Below, in pieces: positions 58,198-64,000 of a stretch of 64,000 bases of DNA (its first letter is position 1; every line of letters begins with the position of its first letter). The notes below the pieces were generated by a model, which saw nothing but the letters and a program-made list of their open reading frames with translations, searched no databases and was not told the DNA's origin. The position numbers were made by a program, and so were the translations under genes. The DNA lies in the IMG/VR virus record IMGVR_UViG_3300028840_006257, positions 124,001 through 188,000 of that record. The stretch is one strand, 5' to 3'.

Positions 58198-59015
58198 TGC
58201 CACACGAAATGAGATTGAAAGATGCTTTGACGGGCCTCCGCGAGATGGGCGACGGGTCTGCCAATCTTATCGTAACCGATCCTCCGTATGAGTCCTTGGA
58301 ACGCTGGCGTGACATGGGGACGACCACGAGGCTCAAAAAGTCCAAGATGTCGAACAACCCGTGGTTCCCGACGGTCCCCAACGACTATTTCGTGCCGTTC
58401 TTCGTGGAGTGCTACAGGGTTCTGGCGAGCAACACGCACATGTACGTGATGTGCGACGAGGAGACATCCGAGGCGCTCAGGCCGATGATCCGCGCCGCCG
58501 GGTTCAGCCTCCGCAAGTCGCTCATCTGGCACAAGGTCGGGAAGCTGGAGAAGGTTTCGTGCCCGAGGTGCGGGACGCACGTCTGTGACCGTCGCGCTCC
58601 GGGGACGCCCGGCATGGGCTATCCGTACCGCTCGGCCTACGAGATGATCCTGCTCGCCGAGAAGGGCAAGAGGAAGCCTCCGGAGGACAGGTCGGTCCGC
58701 AACGTGCTCGAGGAGGGCTGGATCGACGAGGCGTGGATCAAGAGCCAGGACGCGTACCCGACGGAGAAGCCGGTCGCGCTCTGCCTGCCTCTGATAAGGA
58801 TCTCCTCCGAGAAGGGCGACCTCGTGCTCGATCCCTTCGCGGGCAGCGGCTCCGCGGGCGAGGCGGCGTTCGAGCTCGGGCGCGACTTCCTGGGTTTCGA
58901 CGTGCAGCAGGAGGCCCTCGACAGGTTCGAGGAGCGGCGGCAGCACTGGACCTACGAGAACCCGGAGGAGGCCCCGAAGGTCACGGGGGGCATCCTCGAT
59001 TTCCTGTCACACTAG
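58197..59015 (+). CDS. Beta-class amino DNA methyltransferase (272 aa)
   Basis: Start refined to ATG 58197 (TGATG overlap with the XRE gene). IVTDPPY, ECYRVL, YPTEKP, LDPFAGSGS. Confidence 0.9.
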   Translation: MPHEMRLKDALTGLREMGDGSANLIVTDPPYESLERWRDMGTTTRLKKSKMSNNPWFPTVPNDYFVPFFVECYRVLASNTHMYVMCDEETSEALRPMIRAAGFSLRKSLIWHKVGKLEKVSCPRCGTHVCDRRAPGTPGMGYPYRSAYEMILLAEKGKRKPPEDRSVRNVLEEGWIDEAWIKSQDAYPTEKPVALCLPLIRISSEKGDLVLDPFAGSGSAGEAAFELGRDFLGFDVQQEALDRFEERRQHWTYENPEEAPKVTGGILDFLSH

Positions 59016-59020
59016 GAACG

Positions 59021-59702
59021 TCACCACAGGCGCCGGAGATCTCCCTTCTGGTATGCCTCCCAAGTGGTGCGTTTTCGGGTGCGATGGTCCACGACCTGGT
59101 TGCGTTGGACGGCGATCGTCCGTCGTTTGTCCCCACGCGCTCCACGACCCACCTGGGCCTTCCTGTCGGCGTTCCGCCCCCGCGTCTCCCTAGCGTCGAT
59201 CTTGGCCTTGAGACGCGCCCTCAGGACGGCCAGGGCCGTTTGACGGTTGACGTGCTGGCTGCGACCGCCGTCGATCCTCACGGTGATGTCCGAGGGGCGG
59301 TGCGACAAGACCACGCAGCTGTCGGTCTTGTTCCGATGCTGGCCTCCCTTTCCGCTCCCGCGCGTGAACGACTCCTCGAGGTCGCGAGGGTCGATGTGGA
59401 GCTCGTGCTCCTCAGGCTCAGGAAGGACGGCGATCGTCACCGTCGACGTGTGGACGCGTCCGCGCTTCTCGGTCGGAGGGACCCGTTGGAATCTGTGACC
59501 CCCGGCCTCATGGCGGAACGCCGCCACGGCCCCACGTCCTGCGACGCGCATCAGGAGGAAGCCGGGTCTCGCCTCGAGGATCTCGTGGTCAAAGACCCTC
59601 CTGGGCCATGAACTTCTCGTACACCCGGTACTGGACGCGCACGAGGTCCTTGGAGTCGTCGCCGCCCTCGGCAGCCCTGATTTCCACGATCACTCGTTCC
59701 AT
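59021..59702 (-). CDS. RF1-type peptide chain release factor lacking domain 1, expressed via +1 programmed frameshift (~226 aa)
   Basis: Frame 0 (ATG 59702): MERVIVEIRAAEGGDDSKDLVRVQYRVYEKFMAQEGL-TGA. The +1 frame continues DHEILEARPGFLLMRVAG...EAGGHRFQRVPPTEKRGRVHTST...GSGKGGQHRNKTDS. Both parts align with RF1 domains 2-4. Confidence 0.88.
59588..59602 (-). promoter_or_regulatory. prfB-like +1 frameshift cassette AGGAGG-GT-CTT-TGA-C
   Basis: Internal SD at 59602-59597, CTT at 59594-59592, TGA at 59591-59589, C at 59588; the +1 frame joins the downstream RF ORF exactly. Confidence 0.88.
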
Positions 59703-59782
59703 TTCGATTTGTCTACTTCCTCTCGCGCTCGGGCGCAAGATGCCGTTGATGTTCGTGCTCGTGTGGACGTGCGCGAACCTGG

Positions 59783-60203
59783 CTAGAGGAATCCTGGAAA
59801 CGAACCCTGAAACTCGTAGTCCGATGCAAGCCTGATTCGCTTAGCCTGTTTGTTGCGGGAGGGTGCGACACGCAGAGAAGCTTTCCTTGTTCCAACATGT
59901 TCGACCGGTACTAAGTACACGGCATCCAACTCTGGTGAGTACACGGCAAAAAACTCGATTTCTTCTCGGTAGGCTCTCGTCTCGCCCGTGTTCCAGTTGT
60001 TGGAACATGTCGAAAAATTGAGGGCTCCTTTGAAGACCTTGCCGGTCTTGCACTGAATACGAACGAAACGACCATCCTGATCCACGACCAAATCGTACCT
60101 CTGTGAGTCTCCGAAGGGAGTCAGAACAACCAACCCTGCCCGCAAAAAATCTAGCAATCATTTGCGCTTCAGACCGTTCTCCGATCTCCTTTGGGGTTGC
60201 CAT
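59783..60203 (-). pseudogene. I-Ssp6803I-like (group I intron-type) PD-(D/E)XK endonuclease broken by one extra T in a T6 run
   Basis: Frame A gives MATPKEIGERSEAQMIARF and frame B gives FLRAGLVVLTPFGDSQRYDLVVD...RIQCKT. Removing one T at 60144-60149 joins them. Low GC. Confidence 0.8.
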
Positions 60204-60238
60204 AGAGCTAAGATATCACAACCCCCATCTCTTGTAAC

Positions 60239-60331
60239 TGGCGAGCGAGGAGGGATTTGAACCCCCGATGGGACTTGCGTCCTCTGGATTAAAAGTCCAG
60301 TGCGTTCGGCCAGGCTACGCGTAACTCGCCC
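60239..60331 (-). tRNA. tRNA-Lys(UUU), atypical: long variable arm, 4-nt acceptor-D linker, G73, encoded CCA
   Basis: GGGCGAG/CTCGCTC acceptor; GCGT/ACGC D stem; CTGGA-CTTTTAA-TCCAG anticodon arm; GGAC-GCAA-GTCC variable arm; GGGGG-TTCAAAT-CCCTC T arm. Confidence 0.88.
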
Positions 60332-60396
60332 ACAACTGATGGAGCAGGGCGCCGCGCGTTTGAGTCTGTGGTGTGTAACCGACATCGTCTTCTCGG

Positions 60397-60469
60397 TGAG
60401 CCGGGTGGGTCACGATCCCACGGCCTGCGGGTTAAGAGTCCGCCGCTCTGCCTACTGAGCTACCGGCCC
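60397..60469 (-). tRNA. tRNA-Lys(CUU), CCA not encoded, atypical T loop
   Basis: GGGCCGG/CCGGCTC acceptor, A73 then CCG; GCTC/GAGC D stem; GCGGA-CTCTTAA-CCCGC; GTGGG-ATCGTGA-CCCAC. Confidence 0.88.
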
Positions 60470-60514
60470 TGGAGACGCACTCCAGCGATGCCCGAGGGCA
60501 CGCGAGGCGTCCCC
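60470..60514 (-). ncRNA. Candidate tRNA-Ala/tmRNA-like acceptor minihelix
   Basis: GGGGACGC...GCGTCTCC-A hairpin with G3:U70 and A73 equivalents; 3' end abuts G1 of tRNA-Lys(CUU). Confidence 0.35.
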
Positions 60515-60557
60515 CCAGGCTAGGTCTTGCGTTTCAGTCGGACAGTCACGGGAATCC

Positions 60558-60586
60558 GTTGTACGCGACGAGGGGCGCCCTGTCAA
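60558..60586 (-). promoter_or_regulatory. Sigma70-like promoter for the tRNA/RF operon
   Basis: TTGACA (60586-60581), 17-bp spacer, TACAAC (60563-60558). Confidence 0.7.
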
Positions 60587-60595
60587 GCCTCGGGC

Positions 60596-61477
60596 TCAGA
60601 CGATGCACTCGCACGGCCGGTTCTCGTTCTCCTCCTCCTGCTCCTGGAGGACCGGGGAGAAGTAGTCGAAGATCGTAGGGCGCCCGTGCCACTCGAGGGC
60701 CTCTCGAGCGTGGGCCCAGAAGAGGGACGCCTCCGTGTTCTCGGTCGCCTCCACCTTCGCCTCCCTCATGATCGCGAAGTCGGCCTCGAGCTCCTCTAGC
60801 CGGACGTTCCGCAGGATGGTGTGGCCGATGTGGGCCTCGGCCTTCTTGGCCTTCTCCCAGAGGTCGGGTCGGGTGCAGTAGACGATGTACCAGTGGCGCC
60901 TGCCGGCCCTGAGGCACGCCGTGCAGTTCGCGTGCTTGAAGACCCCGTAGGTAAGCGGCGGCTCTATCCCGATCTCCCTGGTGGACTCGATGGTGCGGCC
61001 GGTCCAGCGAGCGAGTGGGTAGTCGGTCTGGTATCCCATGTCCCCCAGGACGGCCGTGCGCCTCTCGATCCTGTGATCCTCGTACGCGTCGAACCCGTAG
61101 TAGACGACGCAGTTCTTCTCCGGTTCCATGTTCGCCGCGAGCCACTTGTGGAAGGGCTCCGTCTTGAACCTGTGCGTGCAGAGCACGGACGTGGCGCCGA
61201 CCTTGAAGCCCGTGTGCTTGATGCAAACGTCGAACTGGTCCATCGTGTCCCAGCTCGGATAGTTCGCGTACGTGATCTCGACTCCGAGGTAGCCGGCGAC
61301 CTCGCGCTTGAAGCGCTTGATGTCCGGGTCCTCGACCGACGGGTTGATGTCGTGGTTGAGGAGGATCAGATTCTCGGTCCCGTGGCGACGCGCGACCTCG
61401 ACGGCCACGAGCGCCGAGCTGTGGCCCCCGCTGAAGCACACGACGTGCTTCGTGGTCTCGTCGATCCTCGGCATCAT
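60596..61477 (-). CDS. PAPS-reductase-family / PP-loop protein with Cys clusters
   Basis: VVCFSGGHSSA (PP-loop), CTHRFK, YYGFDAYE..R, HANCTACLRAG, C-terminal CEC. Start refined to 61477 (SD AGGAG). Confidence 0.75.
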   Translation of the reverse strand: MMPRIDETTKHVVCFSGGHSSALVAVEVARRHGTENLILLNHDINPSVEDPDIKRFKREVAGYLGVEITYANYPSWDTMDQFDVCIKHTGFKVGATSVLCTHRFKTEPFHKWLAANMEPEKNCVVYYGFDAYEDHRIERRTAVLGDMGYQTDYPLARWTGRTIESTREIGIEPPLTYGVFKHANCTACLRAGRRHWYIVYCTRPDLWEKAKKAEAHIGHTILRNVRLEELEADFAIMREAKVEATENTEASLFWAHAREALEWHGRPTIFDYFSPVLQEQEEENENRPCECIV

Positions 61478-61544
61478 CTGGGGGTCTCCTAGAGGACGAC
61501 CAGCGAGGTCGCTCATTCTACGCCCCGACGGACCTCGGTCCTTT

Positions 61545-61832
61545 TCACGAAAGGTCGAGTTCCCGCAGCTGCTCGTGAAAATCCAGCAGATGCCGCCGTT
61601 CCTGGCGCGTGAGTGCCTCGAAGCTGCGGCCGAAGACCGTGAAGCCGAAGTGGCGACGCGGATTCCCGCACGAGTAACACGAGCACCAGGCCAGGTTGTC
61701 GGCTAGGCGCAGGGCCGCCTGATGGAGCTCCTCCTCGGTGAAGCGGGCGCCGCTCCACCAGCGCCTCTGGATCCTCTTGACGTGGGCGATCATCCTCGCC
61801 CGGTGATGGCGACGCAGGGCTCTCTTGGACAT
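61545..61832 (-). CDS. Small basic phage protein with CSCxxCGNPR motif
   Basis: SD GAGGAGG; RALRRHH...CSCYSCGNPRRH. Confidence 0.6.
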   Translation of the reverse strand: MSKRALRRHHRARMIAHVKRIQRRWWSGARFTEEELHQAALRLADNLAWCSCYSCGNPRRHFGFTVFGRSFEALTRQERRHLLDFHEQLRELDLS

Positions 61833-61956
61833 GACGGCCTCCTCGGCCCGCCCGGTCCCGAGAGCCTCCTGCTCCGGGCCGGGCTAGGTCGTGATCGGAC
61901 CGCCGCGTGCCTTGTCGCGCATCACGCCCCCTCTATACATCAACTCGAGGCCCGTG

Positions 61957-62589
61957 TCACCGTTTGAAGGGTCGTTCGACCTCGGAGAGAAAGCGGTATC
62001 CGAGAGAGTCGATCTCCTCTCCGAAGCGACGCCGGACGATGGCCCTGGTCTCGTCGTCGTAGTAGGACGGCCACGGCATCTTCTCGGTCGTGACGTTCGT
62101 CCAGGAGAGGCGGACGGGCTCGATTCCGAACCTGTCGAGGAACATGTCGAGGTCGTCCTGGAGGCGCTCGTAGCGGAGGGCGTAGTCCGCGTCCTGCCAG
62201 AAGATCTTGCCGGTCCTGAGGTACGGACCTCCGGGCATTCCCTCGTCGTAGACCTCGACGAAGTGACGGAAGGTGACCTCTCGGTCCAGGTGCTTTTCGA
62301 GGACTTTCCTCTGTCGCAGCCACCAGGTCACGAGCAGGTCGTACGGGTTCCTGATCGTCGTGACGGCCAGCTCGACGCCCACGAAGGAGTCGGGTTGGCG
62401 CTTCCTCAGCTCGGCGCGCGTCGCGTGGTGGGTCGCCCTGGGAAACCAGTGCTCGATCTCGAGGTCGCGGACCTCGTTGATGTCGCTGACTACGGCCCCC
62501 TCTAGCGTCGCGAGGGCTCGCGTGGTGGCGATGGAGGCCGTGTGCGGGGTCGCCAGGTAGATGAACCTTCCGGGAAGTAGGACCGCCAT
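61957..62589 (-). CDS. Sulfotransferase-family protein
   Basis: FIYLATPHTASIAT (5'-PSB-like loop, His in place of the usual Lys), TTIRNPYDLLVTW (3'-PB), LRYERLQDD. Start refined to 62589. Confidence 0.7.
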   Translation of the reverse strand: MAVLLPGRFIYLATPHTASIATTRALATLEGAVVSDINEVRDLEIEHWFPRATHHATRAELRKRQPDSFVGVELAVTTIRNPYDLLVTWWLRQRKVLEKHLDREVTFRHFVEVYDEGMPGGPYLRTGKIFWQDADYALRYERLQDDLDMFLDRFGIEPVRLSWTNVTTEKMPWPSYYDDETRAIVRRRFGEEIDSLGYRFLSEVERPFKR

Positions 62590-62675
62590 CGTGCGTCCTC
62601 GTGGGCGCGTGCGGCCCACGTCTAGGGGCCGTCAAAAGGGCGGTTATCGTCCCCCGAAGATCGGCGCGTGACCGC

Positions 62676-63368
62676 TCAGGCCCTGCGCCTCTCGTCGAGG
62701 ATGGCTTGGATGGCCCGGAAGCGACGGTTGCTCTCCTCGGCGAGCTCGTCGAGGCTCATGGGGACGATCTCGCGCTCGAGCCACGCCCCCAGGCTCTGCG
62801 GGGCCTCGGCCGGAGGGACGCCGAGGTGCAGATAGTGAGGTTTCACGGAGAGGAGCTGCCGCACCATCGGTCGGCTGTGGGTCGTGACGAACACGCCCCT
62901 CGTCTGCTCGGGAAGATCGGCCACGAACTCGGCCACGACCGTTCCAGCTCCGGCCGCGGCCGCCTCCCCCATGCCGATGTCGGGCTCGTCCCAGTAGAGG
63001 AGGTGCGAGTGCGTCCGAGCTCGGCACGTGCTGATGGCCGTCCTCACCGTCATTCCCGAGTTCTCTCCGGTGGAGCGGAAGCCCTCGTCTCCGTAGACGA
63101 AGCCCTTCATCGCCCCCATCATGTTCATGCCGGCGCGGGCCTCCATGCTGAGGTGGATGACCTCCTTGATGGAGGTGTGGCTCTTGGCCGACGCCTGAAC
63201 GCAGCGTCGGAAGAAGCTCTTCCCGCTCGCGTTCTCTCCGAGCACGAGGAAGAGGGGCGACGACCCCTTCACCCAGAGGGCCGGGATGGCGGGTTCGTCG
63301 CCGACGAAGTATCGCCAGCTACCGAGGATGTTTCCGACGATCCAGAGGCCGGTGCTCGGCTTGCTCAT
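62676..63368 (-). CDS. ABC-type (single-domain) ATPase
   Basis: Start refined to ATG 63368. GENASGKS, STGE signature, LLYWDEPDIGM, VTTHS. Confidence 0.8.
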   Translation of the reverse strand: MSKPSTGLWIVGNILGSWRYFVGDEPAIPALWVKGSSPLFLVLGENASGKSFFRRCVQASAKSHTSIKEVIHLSMEARAGMNMMGAMKGFVYGDEGFRSTGENSGMTVRTAISTCRARTHSHLLYWDEPDIGMGEAAAAGAGTVVAEFVADLPEQTRGVFVTTHSRPMVRQLLSVKPHYLHLGVPPAEAPQSLGAWLEREIVPMSLDELAEESNRRFRAIQAILDERRRA

Positions 63369-64000
63369 CGGTCTCCTCCGTCGAACAGGAGGATCCGGTC
63401 GAGCATGGCCGCCGGGAACCTGCGTCGCAGGATCTCCTCGGCCTCCTCGCGCGAGTGCTTCATGGACCTGTGCGTGAGCACGAGATAGTCGCCCTCGAAT
63501 TTCTCGCAGTGCTCGGCCATCTCGGCCACGTGCGTGTGGCCGTAGCGCCGCGCGCCCTCGACGTTCGCGTCGTCCATCTCCCAGGTCGTGACCTCGTGGA
63601 CGAGCACCTTGGCCCTCCGAGCCCTCTCGTGCTCCAGCAGGAAGTCGATCCGGGTGTCGCCCGAGACCACCAGGAGGGTGCTCACCACGTCGTCCGTGAC
63701 CTGCACGCCCTCCCGACGGAGGCGCCCTATCTCGGAGCCCTCCATGCCGACGAACTCGGTCTTGAGCTTGCTCGTGGTGCGGTCGACGCCCCACCCGAGC
63801 GACGCCCCCCGGTGCCAGCTCCGCATCGCGTGTACGACCGCGCCGCGTCCGAGCTCGAAGAAGTAGCCGGGCCTCGCGGGGTAGAGGCGAACCTTCGCCT
63901 CGTGCTCGCTGTCCCGCTGCACGTCGCGCATCGCCTCGAGGAGCCTCTCCATCGGCTCGCCGAGCTCGTCCGGTAGGTAGACGCTCAGCGTCGCCTTGTT
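63365..64000 (-). CDS. rnz: TM-type tRNase Z (metallo-beta-lactamase fold), 5'-truncated by the window end
   Basis: Frame open to base 64000. KLKTEFVGMEGSEIGRLRREGVQVT exosite-like segment, VSGDT, VLVHEVT, YGHTH, LTHRSMKH. Confidence 0.8.
   Translation of the reverse strand, partial: NKATLSVYLPDELGEPMERLLEAMRDVQRDSEHEAKVRLYPARPGYFFELGRGAVVHAMRSWHRGASLGWGVDRTTSKLKTEFVGMEGSEIGRLRREGVQVTDDVVSTLLVVSGDTRIDFLLEHERARRAKVLVHEVTTWEMDDANVEGARRYGHTHVAEMAEHCEKFEGDYLVLTHRSMKHSREEAEEILRRRFPAAMLDRILLFDGGDR

Noticed and set aside
59021-59702. Calling the release factor PrfH, or a plain pseudogene
   Set aside because: It carries an RF1-type PxT motif and no adjacent rtcB is seen. The break coincides exactly with an SD-CTT-TGA-C signal, which is unlikely for random decay.
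60340-60393. Spacer between the tRNAs ending ...GCCCTGCTCCA on the minus strand (possible third tRNA)
   Set aside because: No matching 5' acceptor strand, D arm or anticodon arm; at most a remnant.
60470-60560. Full or permuted tmRNA
   Set aside because: Only 45 nt lie between the acceptor-like strands; no T arm, pseudoknots or tag reading frame are evident.
1-64000. CRISPR array or rRNA
   Set aside because: No regularly spaced repeat-spacer units or rRNA-like sequence seen; the only perfect tandem repeat is the coding KEPE repeat.
1-64000. Stop-codon reassignment, suggested by the presence of a phage RF
   Set aside because: Genes end cleanly at TAG and TGA under code 11 with complete C-terminal motifs; no suppressor tRNA in the window.

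Overview
This is a 64-kb segment of a large, GC-rich, tailed dsDNA bacteriophage. Host is undetermined, and exact GC content was not computed. Standard code 11 gives tightly packed, often ATGA/GTGA-overlapping ORFs. The layout has four parts. (1) About 1-25.5 kb (+): giant Gly/Pro-rich virion tail/baseplate-type proteins interrupted by two free-standing homing endonucleases. (2) About 25.5-30.2 kb (+): a holin-like protein, a GroEL chaperonin and a peptidoglycan-binding endolysin-like protein. (3) About 30.2-59.0 kb (+): DNA metabolism, comprising a SNF2 helicase with two inteins, several DNA methyltransferase genes (one apparently split into three), a degenerate DnaC-like loader, DnaB, NAD-dependent ligase, a primase Zn-domain-only protein, a family A polymerase with an intein, and small Zn-finger and XRE proteins. 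(4) About 59.0-64 kb (-): a translation/tRNA module containing RNase Z, an ABC-type ATPase, a sulfotransferase-like protein, a PAPS-reductase/PP-loop protein, a sigma70-like promoter, two tRNA-Lys genes, a frameshifted PD-(D/E)XK endonuclease and a release factor. The strongest finding, missed by the ORF track, is that the release factor is an RF1-type (PxT, GGQ) mini-RF lacking domain 1 whose translation requires an RF2-style SD-CUU-UGA-C +1 frameshift. It lies downstream of a tRNA-Lys(UUU) with a long variable arm and G73, and of a 45-nt G3:U70/A73 alanine-minihelix-like hairpin abutting tRNA-Lys(CUU). All protein family calls come from motifs recognised by eye; no database search was run.
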